A stretch of 64,000 nt of DNA from Terriglobia bacterium (GCA_963666975.2 CAXVYR010000004.1:2336001-2400000); one strand, 5' to 3'; shown: positions 10,817 through 22,896, numbered from the stretch's first letter. Numbers and translations are program-made. The notes: generated from the sequence alone by a model not told the origin.

Positions 10817-11255
10817 AGCGACTTTTCCACCATCCGGTGGTTGTCCCTTTTTACCGTTGTCGTTGTCGTGGTATGGATTTATGCGGCCCGTTACGCGGGG
10901 CGCCACTTCCATAAAATGACACAGTCGAAGGTTGGTTCCGCAACCAAGGTCACCGTCTGACCTATATTGGCCCGTTTGCCGGGAAATCCCGGGTCGGGCG
11001 AAAGTCCTTCAGGCGATTTTGCTGATCTTCCTGCCGGGCGGTTAGCGCCTTTTCTCAATCTTTTGTCCTCCCTGCGTTGTCGCGTTGGCGTCAGGAACTT
11101 GCCAAAGCAGTGGGGTTAAGAATAGCTCGCAACGGGCACGCGGCCGCTTCGAGGCGCAGATGTCGTCCCCGCATTTTGCCCGTTGTCTCAAGCAGTGGGG
11201 GCTTGAACAACCGGCTTTATTCCTATATGACGGTATTGTAGAGGGAGGAGAATCT

Positions 11256-12692
11256 ATGAGGCGCAAGATATATCTGTTCGTCTTCGTCCTGACGCTTGTT
11301 GTCTGCCTTTTGCCTAACCGTGACCTTCTAGGTCAATCTCCGTCAAAGAAAGAACCAGCAAGTGACCTGATGAAGTTGAGCACCTCGCTCCAGGCCTTGT
11401 CGGAACGGGTCAGCCCGGCGGTGGTGCAGATTTTCACGACGGGCTTTGCCCCAGTCCAGGATGTTGTGGGGGCCAGCACAGGGCTGGTTTCCACCCAACG
11501 CAGCAGCGGCTCCGGGGTCCTGGTTGACCCGGATGGGTATATCGTCACCAACGCTCATGTGGTCGAAGGCGCCCGGCGAGTGCAAGTCTTGCTGGCGGTT
11601 TCACCTGATGAGAGAGCCCAGTGGCGCTCCATTCTAAAGCCTCGCGGGAAGATGGTTCCTGCCCATATCGTAGGAATCGATCGAGAGACCGATCTCGCCG
11701 TACTGAAGGTTGAACAAAAGGGGCTGGCGGCGCTCGAACTGGGGAATTCCGACCGGGTACGGCAGGGCCAGTTGGTGCTGGCGTTCGGCAGTCCTCTCGG
11801 GTTGGAGAATTCGGTGAGCTTGGGCGTGGTGAGCTCCGTGGCGCGCCAACTTCGCCCCGAGGATCCGATGATCTATATCCAAACAGATGCCACCATCAAT
11901 CCCGGGAACAGCGGCGGACCCCTGGTGGACACCGAGGGTCGCGTGATTGGGATTAACACATTCATCGTGTCGCAGTCCGGCGGCAGCGAAGGAATTGGCT
12001 TCGCAGCGCCCAGCAATATTGTCCGTAACGTTTTCAGGCAGATCCGAAGGACCGGACGGGTTCGCCGCGGCGAGATAGGGTTGGCGACCCAAAGCGTGAC
12101 GCCGACGCTCGCAGCCGCCTTGGGGCTCACGCAGGACTGGGGTGTGATCGTTCGAGATGTGTTTCCCGGCGGACCGGCCTATGCGGCTGGAGTCGAGATC
12201 GCAGACCTGATCCTGACTTTGGATGGCAAAGTCATGGAGAATGCGCGTCAGTTTGAGGTGAATCTCTACCAGCGTTCCATTGGCGACGCGGTGACCCTGG
12301 AGGTGCTTCGCGGTTCGCAAAAGCTCACGAAGATCGTTACGTTATGGGAGCGCGCCAACGACCCCGACCTTTTTGCGGACATGGTCAGCCGCGAGACAAA
12401 CCTCATTTCAAAGCTTGGTATTCTGGGCGCCGAGCTGGACGACCGGATCATCGAAATGCTCCCGCCGCTGCGGGAATCCTCCGGCATTTTGGTTGCAGCA
12501 CGGGCCGCGCAGGCCCCCTCTCAGGGCGAAGGATTTCTGCCGGGTGACGTGATTCATTCGATCAACGGGGCGCCGATCCGGAACCTCGCCGGACTCAGAG
12601 CCGCAGTGGACGGCCTCCAGATCGGCGACCCGGCAGTTATCCAAATCGAGCGGCAGGGTCAATTCCTGTTCCTTGCCTTCGAGATCGAATAG
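11256..12692 (+). CDS. HtrA/DegP-family serine protease with PDZ domains
   Basis: TNAHVV, DLAV and GNSGGPL catalytic triad; signal peptide; GGAGG RBS before ATG at 11256. Confidence 0.92.
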   Translation: MRRKIYLFVFVLTLVVCLLPNRDLLGQSPSKKEPASDLMKLSTSLQALSERVSPAVVQIFTTGFAPVQDVVGASTGLVSTQRSSGSGVLVDPDGYIVTNAHVVEGARRVQVLLAVSPDERAQWRSILKPRGKMVPAHIVGIDRETDLAVLKVEQKGLAALELGNSDRVRQGQLVLAFGSPLGLENSVSLGVVSSVARQLRPEDPMIYIQTDATINPGNSGGPLVDTEGRVIGINTFIVSQSGGSEGIGFAAPSNIVRNVFRQIRRTGRVRRGEIGLATQSVTPTLAAALGLTQDWGVIVRDVFPGGPAYAAGVEIADLILTLDGKVMENARQFEVNLYQRSIGDAVTLEVLRGSQKLTKIVTLWERANDPDLFADMVSRETNLISKLGILGAELDDRIIEMLPPLRESSGILVAARAAQAPSQGEGFLPGDVIHSINGAPIRNLAGLRAAVDGLQIGDPAVIQIERQGQFLFLAFEIE

Positions 12693-12727
12693 GAATCGGA
12701 AGCCGGGAACTCAGCCGGGCTCAGCCC

Positions 12728-15097
12728 TCACTTGAGTCCACTTGGTTGCTGGCTGTCTCCAAACTTCTTCCTCAACTCGGTGAGGTTCAGTTCAATAGAC
12801 TGGTGGGAGCGCATCAGGGTAGCCAGGATTTCTTCGCGGGAGCGCGTCTCTCGCTTTTTCTTGCGGCGGTCTTCCAGGAAGGGCCACAGCCGCTCGCGGA
12901 TCGGCGGGGGCAGGATGCTTTCCAGGTATTCCAGGGCAGTTCCCCGGAGGTGCTCGTCGGTGGTGTGCAATCCCCGGAAGGCGATTTGGAGAGGCTCTTT
13001 GGGCAGAACCAGCGAGAGAATCGTAAAGACGTGTTCCAGGCTCCGATTCGCGCGGTCCCTCAGGAAGTCGTCTATAAAGGGCGAATCCTCCAGACCATCC
13101 TCCGGGTCCAGGAGCCGATGGCTTCCCCAGACCTTCTTGCCGACGGTTACTTCCCGCTTCACGGCCTCGAAGACCGGCTCCGGGTCGATGCGAATTTCCG
13201 GGTTTCTGTCCCGAACCGATGCCAGCGCGCAGCCGCATTGAAAGCGGACCTCAAACCGCTTGTCGGCCAGGCCCAGCAAAAGCCCGTCGGCCACCCGCTG
13301 GGAAGCGGTGACAGAAAGCACCTTCGGGATGCGCCGACGGATGGCGAATTCCTGGCCCGGGTCGAGTAGCGCATCCACCAACTGCCCCGTCATGTGAGGG
13401 GCTGCCCGGCGCAGAGCCAGCAAGGCGTCGTCGGAGACCTCGTCCCACGCGAGCAGGGGAATGACGTGTGAAAACAGGAGCGGGTCGAGAAGTTCCTCCG
13501 CGCGCAGAGCCTTCCGAACACGGTCCGCGTCTGCCGAGCGGAAAGCCGCAATCCGCTCGACAACCGGGTCCTGAGGGGTCGGAGCCGCTTTTCCCTGCTT
13601 CTTCGATGCCATGTCGCGAGATAGGCCGAGGGACGGAACGTCGGATTCTGACTTGTGGATCAAGAGGTCCCTGCGCTGCGTTTTCTCGCTGGGGAGAGGC
13701 TGGGAAGAGGGGAGCGCCGGGAGGTCGCCGCTCAGATGCAGGGCTCCGAGGGTTTGCAAAATCGTGGAGCGGGTGGTGCTGTCCTCTGCCTCGGAAATGT
13801 CCAGTTCGACCTTCCGGTTCAGCAAATTCTTCTCGAGCGAAACGATGTAGCCACGGTTCAAGCGGCTGGCCACCAGGAGACCCAGGAACGCAAGGACAAT
13901 CGACAGGACCAGGATGGCGGAGTGCGCTACGGCCGGTCCGAGCAGCAGCATCAATCGGATGAGGCCGCCGCCGAGAGCGTCTCCCAGGCGGTCAAATCCC
14001 ACATCGACCATAGTTTTGGTTGCGCGCTTTTCCTGGGCGGGGATCGGCGTATAGAGAATTTCGTACCCGGAACGGAAAAGGGAGCTGCGAACCACCGACT
14101 CCGCGCCCCGGGCGATCCCGGCGCTGCCGAGACCCGGCGCAATCAGCGCTCCTACTCCTCCCGCAGCCACGATGAAGGGAAGAGTCCCCACCGTTTTCGC
14201 GAGGCCCAGCTTTTCCAGCGCGCGGCGGCTGAGAGAGGTCTGAATAAAGAAGGTGAGCAGGCTGGCGGCGCTGTAGAAGACGGCAAAGAAGCGCATCAGG
14301 CTCTCCCCGCCCCCAAAGGTTGCGGCGGCTTGAGCCTTGAAGACGTAGTCAATACCGGCGCCGCTCACCGTCGCCAGCAGCACCAGCACGGCCAGGTTGC
14401 GCAGGTAAGGAGCTTCTCTGAGGATATGGAAGACCGACCGGCCGCGTGCAGGAGCGGAGTCGCCGCTCGAATCTTTTTTTTCCGGCGGCTGCCCTGCCGG
14501 CTTCCCCGCCGGAGGGCCAGCCACGTCTTGCAGCGGCCTCAGCCCGCGGACCGCCCAGGCGCAAAACAGATGGAGGGCGGCCATCATGGGAAGCATGGTC
14601 GCGACCGAGAAAGTCGCCCCCACGCGTTCGGCCAGAAGGCCGCCGGCGAGTCCTCCGAGAGTGGCTCCGCCGGCAATCCTTCCGATTCGTTTCTTGGCTG
14701 TCCTGGGATCGAACCGCTCGTTCACCATCGACCAGAACCCCGAGATCAGCACGGCGCCGATACCGGCCATGTGGAGATAGACCACAACCGCGCCTGCTCG
14801 CGGACTTTGGTGCACCAGTCCCCACTCGCCCAGCAGCAACAATCCGCTGACCGCAAAAGCGCGGGGAACCAGTTTGGCCGGGGTGAGCGCGGGCATCGCA
14901 CGGGAGGCTGCGAGCACCACGACAATGGAGAAAAAAGATGCCCCGATCAGCATCAGGGGCAGGGAGGTCACGTCAAAATTGGAAAGGAAAAGAGCGTCGC
15001 GGGTCGCCTTCCCTCCTACCTGGTGGGCGATCATGGCGGCAGCGCTCAGCATGGCGGCGGAGGCAGCCGCATCGGTTTCCGAGCGCCTGGACATCAC
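12728..15097 (-). CDS. Npt1/Npt2 (TLC ATP/ADP translocase-like) MFS transporter with C-terminal HEAT repeats
   Basis: GKATRDALFL, FWSMVNERFDPRTAKKR, many TM helices, YTPIPAQEKRATK and a HEAT-like helical tail. Confidence 0.75.
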   Translation of the reverse strand: MMSRRSETDAAASAAMLSAAAMIAHQVGGKATRDALFLSNFDVTSLPLMLIGASFFSIVVVLAASRAMPALTPAKLVPRAFAVSGLLLLGEWGLVHQSPRAGAVVVYLHMAGIGAVLISGFWSMVNERFDPRTAKKRIGRIAGGATLGGLAGGLLAERVGATFSVATMLPMMAALHLFCAWAVRGLRPLQDVAGPPAGKPAGQPPEKKDSSGDSAPARGRSVFHILREAPYLRNLAVLVLLATVSGAGIDYVFKAQAAATFGGGESLMRFFAVFYSAASLLTFFIQTSLSRRALEKLGLAKTVGTLPFIVAAGGVGALIAPGLGSAGIARGAESVVRSSLFRSGYEILYTPIPAQEKRATKTMVDVGFDRLGDALGGGLIRLMLLLGPAVAHSAILVLSIVLAFLGLLVASRLNRGYIVSLEKNLLNRKVELDISEAEDSTTRSTILQTLGALHLSGDLPALPSSQPLPSEKTQRRDLLIHKSESDVPSLGLSRDMASKKQGKAAPTPQDPVVERIAAFRSADADRVRKALRAEELLDPLLFSHVIPLLAWDEVSDDALLALRRAAPHMTGQLVDALLDPGQEFAIRRRIPKVLSVTASQRVADGLLLGLADKRFEVRFQCGCALASVRDRNPEIRIDPEPVFEAVKREVTVGKKVWGSHRLLDPEDGLEDSPFIDDFLRDRANRSLEHVFTILSLVLPKEPLQIAFRGLHTTDEHLRGTALEYLESILPPPIRERLWPFLEDRRKKKRETRSREEILATLMRSHQSIELNLTELRKKFGDSQQPSGLK

Positions 15098-15102
15098 TCT
15101 GG

Positions 15103-16807
15103 CTACGTCTCCCTTTCCGTGACCAGATCAGCCTGTGGACGAGCTTCCGGAGACGGCATGTGGGTGCGCCACCAGCGCTCGGCGCGCTCCGGGCTCCAAG
15201 TTTCGGCTATCTCGCAAGCAGCCAGCCGCCGGGAGAGTTCCAGCGCGCTTTGCGGCCGCTTGTCAGGCTCCTTTTCCAGGCAGGAGAGGATGACTTGTTC
15301 CAGGGACGCGGGAATGTCGACCTCAGTACGTTCCGACGGCGGGATGGGAGGGGTTTGGAGGTGTGCCAGCAGCATGGCCATAGGAGTGCTTCCTTCGAAC
15401 ACTAGCTGTCCTGTCAACAGCCAGTAGCCGACGCATCCCAGGGCGTAGATGTCCCAGGCGGCATGTAGGCCGGCGTGCCCGTTGTGGTTCCCTCCACGGT
15501 GAGCCGGGTTTGAGCTTCTTCCGATTGCAGTCCGCGCATCGATCCCCAAGGCCATTTCAGGCGGCATGTAGGCCGGCGTGCCCGTTGTGGTTCCCTCCAC
15601 GGTGAGCCGGGTTTGAGCTTCTTCCGATTGCATGTCATCCTTCACAAAATCAAGCACCTTGATGAAATCATAATCCAGGCCCAAGCGGCACGCGAAAATG
15701 TTCTTGGGGTTGATGTCGCGATGAATCAAGCCGTTGCTGTGTGCCTCGGCCAACGAGTCGCAGGCTTGCTGGAGAAAGTAGATGACCCGCTCGGGCGGCA
15801 GAGGACCGAAACGCTCCACCAGCGCATCCAGATCGAGTCCGTCCAAAAGCTCCATCACGTAGTAGAAGCATCCGTCATCGGCGGTGCCAAAATCGTACAC
15901 CGCAACCGTATGGGGAGAATGGAGCGCGGCGGTAGCCTGCACCTCCCGCTCGAAACGGCGCGCCACAGTGCCCGCCCGTTTATCCTTCATCATACAGATA
16001 TCGGATCGAATCATTTTGAGAGCTGACGTGCGCGCCAGCATGCGATGCTGCGCCCGCCAGACCTCTCCCATGCCGCCGCTCCCGAGCGGGTCGAGCAGTT
16101 ATGTAACTCCCCATCTCCCGCGCCTTGCTGACGTCGCACCCCAGCCGGTAGATGAAGCGAGACAACAGCATCGCCCCCGCGGCAAACCAGAAGTTCGGGA
16201 AGAAAAGACCCAGCCACACGCCGGGCTCCGGAACAGGGCTTTGGTGGAACAAAATCGACACCCACAACCCGACAGGACCCATTGCGGCGGAGCTCAGGGC
16301 CGCCAGATGTGTCTTTCCAAACGTGCCGGGCACGACCAGGACGAAGAACGCGATCCAAACAACAACCGAGGAGATGCCTCGCGCCGGCAGGTCCGGAGAA
16401 AACGGCATTGAGAATTCGACCAAAGCGATCCAGAAAGCACCGACGACTTCAAAGAGGAGGCCGATGTCCAGCATCAAACGGTCCGGCAGCTTCCGGCTCC
16501 ACGCCAGCGCGCAGACAACCGAACCAGTAACAATGGCGCCAATCAGGCCGATGTCGGCAAGAGGAAAAAGCGCCGGAAACAGGTAGTGCTCGGGAATGCC
16601 TTCGGGATGGCCGCTGTAATGGCCAACAAGGCGAAGAGCGATATGGGACGCCACGTAAACAAGCGCGAGCCACCCCAATCGGTTGACCGCCTTTTCCACC
16701 ATATCGGGCGGCAGATCATAGCAATGGATCGTGCTCCGGTTTGACCCGGTTGGCTGCGGGGTTTCCGCCCGTGTGACCTGCGCGGGTTGGTTTTCTGGCT
16801 GCTGCAT
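15103..16807 (-). pseudogene. Membrane-anchored Hanks-type Ser/Thr kinase, disrupted
   Basis: TM N-domain (15980..16807) is out of frame with the kinase domain (MGEVW, HRDINPKN); DFG is damaged (LDF-VK); internal duplication present. Confidence 0.75.
15455..15632. repeat. About 75-bp direct repeat inside the kinase gene (15455-15529 and 15558-15632)
   Basis: caggcggcatgtaggccggcgtgccc...cttcttccgattgca occurs twice, 103 bp apart. Confidence 0.9.
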
Positions 16808-17119
16808 CGGAACCTGTTGTAGCGGGACCTGTCGTATCGGAACCTAATATTAAGCCATGAACAGCGTCATGTAAATGCAAGTTGCCGCTGCTCGGCAGAT
16901 AGAGACAAAAACTCATGATATTAGATTCCGCTCTGCCGGGATCGGTTCATCTTTCTGCCCATCTTCTCTGTGGCAGGCCGCCGCGCCGTGCGATAATTGC
17001 TGCCGTTCCAAATAAGCGGCGCGCTGGAAACCGGCGCGCGCAAATGGACCTTTCCGCTGGCCGGGAGTTCCCCATTCCCGGCTGCTGCGGGCGATGGAAG
17101 GAACGGAAGGAAAACCAGG

Positions 17120-19426
17120 ATGCTATTGGCGGTTGCAGTCCTTTCCGGTTTTGTGATGGCGCTCGCTGCGCCGTGGCTGCACCGGATCGCGCGGAAGACT
17201 TCCGGGTGGGTGCTCGCGCTGTTTCCTTTGGCTCTGACGGTCTATTTCGCCGGCCAGATCAGCGGGGTGGCGGCGGGCGAGGTTTTAGCGGTCAGCGCCG
17301 ATTGGGTTCCCAGCCTCGGCATTGCTCTCTCGTTCAGCCTGGACGGACTGAGCCTGCTGTTCGCGCTGCTGATCAGCGGCATTGGCGCGCTGGTGGTGGT
17401 CTACGCCGGCGGGTATCTGGCAGGGCACGCTCACCTGGGCCGCTTCTACGCCTTCCTGTTGATGTTCCTGGCCTCCATGCTGGGGCTGGTTCTCGCAAAT
17501 AACGTGATCACGCTGTTCGTATTTTGGGAGCTGACCAGCGTAAGTTCCTATCTGTTGATCGGCTTTGAACACGAGCGGGAGGCGGCGCGGCATGCGGCTC
17601 TGCAGGCGCTGCTGGTGACGGGGCTCGGCGGGCTGGCGCTGCTGGCCGGGCTGCTTTTGCTGGGGCAAGCCGGAGGGAGCCTGGAACTCTCCGAGTTACT
17701 GACCCGCGGCGAAGCAATCCGGGCGCATCCCTTTTACGCGCCGATTCTGCTGCTGATCCTGGCCGGCGCTTTCACCAAGTCGGCCCAGTTTCCGTTCCAC
17801 TTCTGGCTGCCGAGCGCGATGGAAGCGCCCACGCCGGTCAGCGCCTACCTGCATTCGGCGACCATGGTCAAGGCCGGAGTTTACTTGCTGGCGCGGCTCA
17901 GCCCGGCGCTGGGGGGGACAGAGCTTTGGTTTTATATCGTCACCGCCGCCGGAGCCGCCACGATGCTGACGGGTGCATACCTGGCCTTTCAGCAAAGTGA
18001 CATGAAGCGAATCCTGGCCTATTCCACAATGAGCGCGCTGGGAATGATGGTGCTGCTGCTGGGGATCGGCACGGAGCGGGCCGTGAAGGCGGCTATCGTT
18101 TCGATACTGGTTCACGCGTTGTACAAGGGCGCGCTGTTTCTGGTTGCTGGAGCGGTGGATCACGAGACCGGCACGAGAGATGTAGGCCGGCTCGGCGGAC
18201 TGCGGCACGCCATGCCTATCACGGCGGCGGCGGCGGCCCTGGCCGCGCTCTCCATGGCTGGGCTTCCGCCTCTGTTTGGCTTCATCGGCAAGGAGATGGT
18301 CTATGAGGCGGTATACGAATCGCCAATCACTGCTGCTCTTTTGACCGGCGTGGTTGTCTTGTCGAGCATGTTCCTTCTGGCCGTGGCCGGCGTCGCAGGA
18401 TTGCGGCCCTTTTTCGGAAAACAGACCTCCACGCCTAAACACCCTCACGAAGCGCCGCTAAGTTTATGGCTCGGGCCATCCTTGCTGGCGGGACTGGGTT
18501 TGCTCAGCGGGCTGTTTCCAGGCGCCGCCGGATGGCTTGTTTCGCCCGCTGTCGCAGCCTCCTGGGGGAAATCCGCCGGCGTCGAGTTGGCGCTGTTTCA
18601 TGGATGGAGTCCCGTTTTGCTTCTCAGCGCGGTTACCGTTGCCGGAGGGCTCGGCCTCTTTGCCGTCCGGGGTGCATGCCGGCGGGTTGCGTCCCATCTC
18701 GCTGGTGTTTCTCGGTGGGGGGCCACGCGTGGGTATGAACTGGCGCTCGATGGCGTCAACGGGCTGGCTCGGGCGCAGACCCGCTTCCTGCAGAGTGGCT
18801 ACCTGCGGTACTACTTGCTGACGATCATCGCGACGACGCTGGGGCTGGCCGCCTACACGTTGCTGAGCCGGGCCGGGCTGCCCGTTCCGCAGGGCAGCTT
18901 GCAGGTTCCCTTATACCAAGCGGTCCTGGCGGGGTTGATCCTGCTGGCAGCCCTGGCGGCGGTGCTCTCGCAGTCGCGTTTGGGCGCGGTGGCTGCGCTG
19001 GGCGTCGTCGGGTACAGCGTCGCTTTAATCTTTGTCTTGTTCGGCGCGCCGGACCTGGCGATGACGCAATTCCTGGTGGAGACGCTGACCGTCATTCTGC
19101 TGGTGCTGGTGCTGTATCACCTGCCGCGTTTCGCTACTCTTTCGACCAGGCGCGAGCGGATTCGGGACGCGGCGGTGGCGCTGCTGGCCGGAGGGTTGAT
19201 GACGGCGCTCGTATTGGCTGCTACCGCGATCCAACCCCAGCACGAAGTCTCCGCCTATATGGCCGGCAACAGCGCGGTACTGGCGCACGGGCGCAACGTG
19301 GTCAATGTCATCCTGGTGGATTTTCGCGGGCTCGACACGTTGGGCGAGATCACGGTGCTGGCCGTGGCCGGCATCGGAGTGTACTCGCTGCTCAAGCTGC
19401 GAATCCGGAAAGGAGAACGGCCGTGA
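17120..19426 (+). CDS. mrpA: Mrp Na+/H+ antiporter subunit A
   Basis: [25 protein letters not shown] and [11 protein letters not shown]. Confidence 0.95.
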   Translation: MLLAVAVLSGFVMALAAPWLHRIARKTSGWVLALFPLALTVYFAGQISGVAAGEVLAVSADWVPSLGIALSFSLDGLSLLFALLISGIGALVVVYAGGYLAGHAHLGRFYAFLLMFLASMLGLVLANNVITLFVFWELTSVSSYLLIGFEHEREAARHAALQALLVTGLGGLALLAGLLLLGQAGGSLELSELLTRGEAIRAHPFYAPILLLILAGAFTKSAQFPFHFWLPSAMEAPTPVSAYLHSATMVKAGVYLLARLSPALGGTELWFYIVTAAGAATMLTGAYLAFQQSDMKRILAYSTMSALGMMVLLLGIGTERAVKAAIVSILVHALYKGALFLVAGAVDHETGTRDVGRLGGLRHAMPITAAAAALAALSMAGLPPLFGFIGKEMVYEAVYESPITAALLTGVVVLSSMFLLAVAGVAGLRPFFGKQTSTPKHPHEAPLSLWLGPSLLAGLGLLSGLFPGAAGWLVSPAVAASWGKSAGVELALFHGWSPVLLLSAVTVAGGLGLFAVRGACRRVASHLAGVSRWGATRGYELALDGVNGLARAQTRFLQSGYLRYYLLTIIATTLGLAAYTLLSRAGLPVPQGSLQVPLYQAVLAGLILLAALAAVLSQSRLGAVAALGVVGYSVALIFVLFGAPDLAMTQFLVETLTVILLVLVLYHLPRFATLSTRRERIRDAAVALLAGGLMTALVLAATAIQPQHEVSAYMAGNSAVLAHGRNVVNVILVDFRGLDTLGEITVLAVAGIGVYSLLKLRIRKGERP

Positions 19427-19836
19427 GTTCCTTGATCCTGCGCACGGCCACGCGTCTCCTGAAGCCGTTGATGCTGTTTTTTTCTGTTTTCGTGCTGCTG
19501 CGCGGCCATAACGAGCCCGGCGGCGGTTTCGCAGGCGGGCTGATGGCGGCGGCGGCCTTTGCTCTCTATACCATCACCTTTGACGTGTCCTCGGCGCGCT
19601 CTGCGCTGCGGATTGACCCGCACAACCTTGTCGGAGCGGGACTGCTGCTGGCTGCCATCAGCGGCGGCATTTCCCTCCTGCAAGGACAGCCCTTTCTGAC
19701 CGGGCAATGGATTGCCTTGCCTGTGCCCGGCGTCGGGGAGGTGGCTCTGGGCACGGCCTTGCTATTCGATACCGGCGTCTACATGGTGGTGCTGGGCGTA
19801 ACCTTGCTGATTATCTGGTCGCTCGCGGAGGAGTGA
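19423..19836 (+). CDS. mrpB: Mrp antiporter subunit B
   Basis: [15 protein letters not shown] and FDTGVY. Confidence 0.93.
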   Translation: MSSLILRTATRLLKPLMLFFSVFVLLRGHNEPGGGFAGGLMAAAAFALYTITFDVSSARSALRIDPHNLVGAGLLLAAISGGISLLQGQPFLTGQWIALPVPGVGEVALGTALLFDTGVYMVVLGVTLLIIWSLAEE

Positions 19837-19837
19837 C

Positions 19838-20185
19838 ATGAACACCTGGATGGCATTCGTCATCGGCGGCCTCTATGCCGCCGGTTTGTACATGATGATG
19901 CGGCGCAGCATCGTGAAACTTATTATCGGCCTGTCGCTGCTGAGCCATGCGGCGAACCTGCTGATCTTCACGGTTGGCGGGCTCACGCGCGGGCGGCCTC
20001 CTCTGATCGCGGCCGGGGAAACCAGCTTGCAGGTTCCTTTCGCAGATCCGATTCCCCAGGCGCTGGTTTTGACGGCAATCGTCATCAGCTTTGGAGTCCT
20101 GGCGTTCGCGCTGGTCCTGGTGCATCGCACCCACCAGACGGCCGGCACGGACGACCTCGACAAATTGAAGGCAACCGACACATGA
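19838..20185 (+). CDS. mrpC: Mrp antiporter subunit C
   Basis: [16 protein letters not shown]. Confidence 0.93.
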   Translation: MNTWMAFVIGGLYAAGLYMMMRRSIVKLIIGLSLLSHAANLLIFTVGGLTRGRPPLIAAGETSLQVPFADPIPQALVLTAIVISFGVLAFALVLVHRTHQTAGTDDLDKLKATDT

Positions 20186-21705
20186 ACGTGTTGTTGGTGC
20201 TCCCCATTTTAATTCCCTTGGTGACGGCAGCCGTCTCGTTGCTGGCCTGGAGGCACCCGCGCTGGCAACGCCGGCTGGGCGTTTGCGGAGCGGCTGCGTT
20301 GCTGGCGGCCGGCTTGGTGCTGCTGGAAAGTGTCCGGAACGGCGGTATCCAGACAGCCCAGATGGGAGACTGGCCTGCTCCTTTCGGCATCACTCTGGTT
20401 GCCGACCTGTTTTCCGCGATCATGGTCGTGATGGCCGGGTTGGTGGGTTTCGCGGTGGTCGTGTACTCTACCGCCACCGTGGATCACCGGCGGGAATCGT
20501 TCGGGTACTACCCGCTGCTGCACATCCTGCTGATGGGCGTCTGCGGCGCCTTCCTGACCGGCGACATTTTCAACCTCTATGTATGGTTTGAAGTCATGCT
20601 GATCGCCTCCTTTGTGCTGCTGGCGCTGGGCGGGGAGCAGGAACAGTTGGAAGGCGCCTTCAAGTACGTCACGCTCAACCTGATGTCGTCGGCGTTGTTT
20701 CTGGCGGCGGTGGGAATCCTCTACGGCGTGGCGGGCACGCTGAACATGGCCGACCTCGCCCGGAAGCTGCCCCAGGTGGAGCAATCCGGCTTGGTGACGA
20801 CGCTGGCGATGCTGTTCCTGGTGGCGTTCGGCATCAAGGCGGCTGCCTTCCCCCTGTTTTTTTGGCTTCCGGCTTCCTATCATACTCCGCCGGTTGCGGT
20901 ATCGGCCCTCTTCGCGGGCCTTCTGACCAAAGTCGGCGTGTACGCGCTGATTCGCGTCTTCACGCTGCTGTTTACACAGGAGGTATCCTATACGCACACG
21001 CTGATCCTGGCCGTGGCCGGCCTGACGATGGTGACGGGTGTTTTGGGGGCGATGGCGCAAAATGAATTCCGGCGTATTTTGTCGTTCCACATCGTCAGCC
21101 AGATCGGATATATGTTGATGGGTTTGGGACTGTTCACGGTAGCGGGCCTGGCTGGCTCGATCTTCTACATCATGCATCACATCATTGTAAAAACGAATTT
21201 GTTCCTGATTAGCGGTGTGGCGAATCATTTCAGGGGCACGTACCAGTTGAAGGATCTGGGAGGACTTTACCGTGCCTACCCCGGCCTGGCTATATTGTTC
21301 CTGATCCCGGCGCTGTCGCTGGCCGGTGTCCCGCCGCTGTCTGGATTTTTTGCGAAGCTGTCGCTGCTCCAGGCCGGATTGGCGACCGGACAGTACGCCA
21401 TTGTTGCCACGGCGTTAGGCGTCAGCTTGCTCACTTTGTTTTCCATGACCAAGATCTGGGCGGAAGTCTTTTGGAAACCTGCGGCCGGAACGGGAACGCC
21501 GCAGGATCCGTCCGAGCCTCATCCGCCCAAACATGAATCGCCCAAATGGAGCTTCTCTTTGTTCGTGCCCGTGGTCGTATTAGCGGTTTTGACGCTGACC
21601 ATCGGGCTGGCCGCCGAGCCGTTCGTCGGCCTTGCGATCCAAGCTGCCCATCAATTGATGAATCCGGCCGGCTACATCGAGGCTGTTCTGGGAGGCCGAC
21701 CGTGA
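20182..21705 (+). CDS. mrpD: Mrp antiporter subunit D
   Basis: [19 protein letters not shown] and TKVGVYA. Confidence 0.93.
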   Translation: MNVLLVLPILIPLVTAAVSLLAWRHPRWQRRLGVCGAAALLAAGLVLLESVRNGGIQTAQMGDWPAPFGITLVADLFSAIMVVMAGLVGFAVVVYSTATVDHRRESFGYYPLLHILLMGVCGAFLTGDIFNLYVWFEVMLIASFVLLALGGEQEQLEGAFKYVTLNLMSSALFLAAVGILYGVAGTLNMADLARKLPQVEQSGLVTTLAMLFLVAFGIKAAAFPLFFWLPASYHTPPVAVSALFAGLLTKVGVYALIRVFTLLFTQEVSYTHTLILAVAGLTMVTGVLGAMAQNEFRRILSFHIVSQIGYMLMGLGLFTVAGLAGSIFYIMHHIIVKTNLFLISGVANHFRGTYQLKDLGGLYRAYPGLAILFLIPALSLAGVPPLSGFFAKLSLLQAGLATGQYAIVATALGVSLLTLFSMTKIWAEVFWKPAAGTGTPQDPSEPHPPKHESPKWSFSLFVPVVVLAVLTLTIGLAAEPFVGLAIQAAHQLMNPAGYIEAVLGGRP

Positions 21706-22175
21706 GCGCGTTTCTGTGGAACCTCCTGCTGGCGATTATCTGGGTTGCCTTGACGGAGCAATTCACTCCGGGGAACCTGATAGTTGGTTTTGGATTAGGT
21801 TACCTGATTTTAACTTTTACCCAGCCTATCTTAGGGAAGTCGAACTATTTCCCCAAGGTGCGCCAGGTTCTCGGATTTGCGCTCTATTTCCTGTGGGAAC
21901 TTGTTTTGGCGAACCTCCGGGTGGCTTACGATGTGGTGACGCCGACTCACCATATGCAGCCGGGGGTGATTGCGGTCCCGCTCGACGCAAAAACCGACGC
22001 AGAGATCACCACGCTGGCCAATTTCATCACGCTCACGCCCGGCACTCTCAGCCTGGACGTATCGGAGGATCGCAAGGTGCTGTATATCCACGCCATGTAC
22101 ATTCATGACCGCGAAGCGCTCCGGCGCGAAATTAAAAGCGGGTTGGAGCGGCGGGTTTTAGAGGTGATGCGATGA
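21702..22175 (+). CDS. mrpE: Mrp antiporter subunit E
   Basis: [10 protein letters not shown]; GTG start overlaps the mrpD stop. Confidence 0.9.
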   Translation: MSAFLWNLLLAIIWVALTEQFTPGNLIVGFGLGYLILTFTQPILGKSNYFPKVRQVLGFALYFLWELVLANLRVAYDVVTPTHHMQPGVIAVPLDAKTDAEITTLANFITLTPGTLSLDVSEDRKVLYIHAMYIHDREALRREIKSGLERRVLEVMR

Positions 22176-22459
22176 CCCCCAGCGAGATGGGACCGCTTTC
22201 GTCCGCGATTCGTGTGGCGTGGGTCATGCTGAGCGCGGGACTCGTGCTGGCTTTTTTTCGCCTGGTACGGGGCCCCAGTCTGCCGGACCGCGTCGTCGCA
22301 CTGGACCTGACAGCGACCCTGGTGGTGGGAATGATTGCCGTGGATGCCATTGCCAGCCGCCAGCCGGTGATCCTGGACGCTGCCATCGTCGTTTCCTTGG
22401 TCGCCTTTGTAGGCACGGTGGCCTTTGCCCATTACGTGGAAAAGAGAGGATCGGAATGA
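22172..22459 (+). CDS. mrpF: Mrp antiporter subunit F
   Basis: [13 protein letters not shown]. Confidence 0.92.
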   Translation: MTPSEMGPLSSAIRVAWVMLSAGLVLAFFRLVRGPSLPDRVVALDLTATLVVGMIAVDAIASRQPVILDAAIVVSLVAFVGTVAFAHYVEKRGSE

Positions 22460-22896
22460 AGGAATGGATTTCAGCCGGCCTGCTGATCATCGGCGTAACC
22501 TTTATGCTGCTGGCCGCCATTGGCATCGTTCGCATGCCGGACCTGTTTACACGAATGCAGACGGCCACCAAGGGAGGCAGCCTGGGCATTGTCTGCACAT
22601 TCCTTTCTGTGGCGGTTTACTTTGGAGAGTTTGCCATCACCGCGCGGTCTCTCCTGATTATTGCTTTTTTTTTCTTGACTGCGCCGGTGGCGGCCCACAT
22701 GATTGCGCGGGCGGCGTATTTCGTGGGCTACCAGCTTTGGGAGGAGACAGTGACCGACGAGTTGCGCGGCCACTACGATCTGCACACTCACGCTTTGGAC
22801 AGCGGCACCTATGAGGTCGTTGTGCGGAAGCCGAAGACCGGGTTGCCGGACTCCGGCGCAGCGAGCGGTGAAAAAGCGAGTGCTGAAAAAGAGTAA
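22456..22896 (+). CDS. mrpG: Mrp antiporter subunit G
   Basis: [14 protein letters not shown] and [14 protein letters not shown]. Confidence 0.92.
   Translation: MKEWISAGLLIIGVTFMLLAAIGIVRMPDLFTRMQTATKGGSLGIVCTFLSVAVYFGEFAITARSLLIIAFFFLTAPVAAHMIARAAYFVGYQLWEETVTDELRGHYDLHTHALDSGTYEVVVRKPKTGLPDSGAASGEKASAEKE

Noticed and set aside
13655-15427. 590-aa plus-strand ORF and other long antisense ORFs (e.g. 26893..27744, 42212..43165, 61719..62642)
   Set aside because: These are shadow frames of well-supported genes in GC-rich DNA and show no motifs
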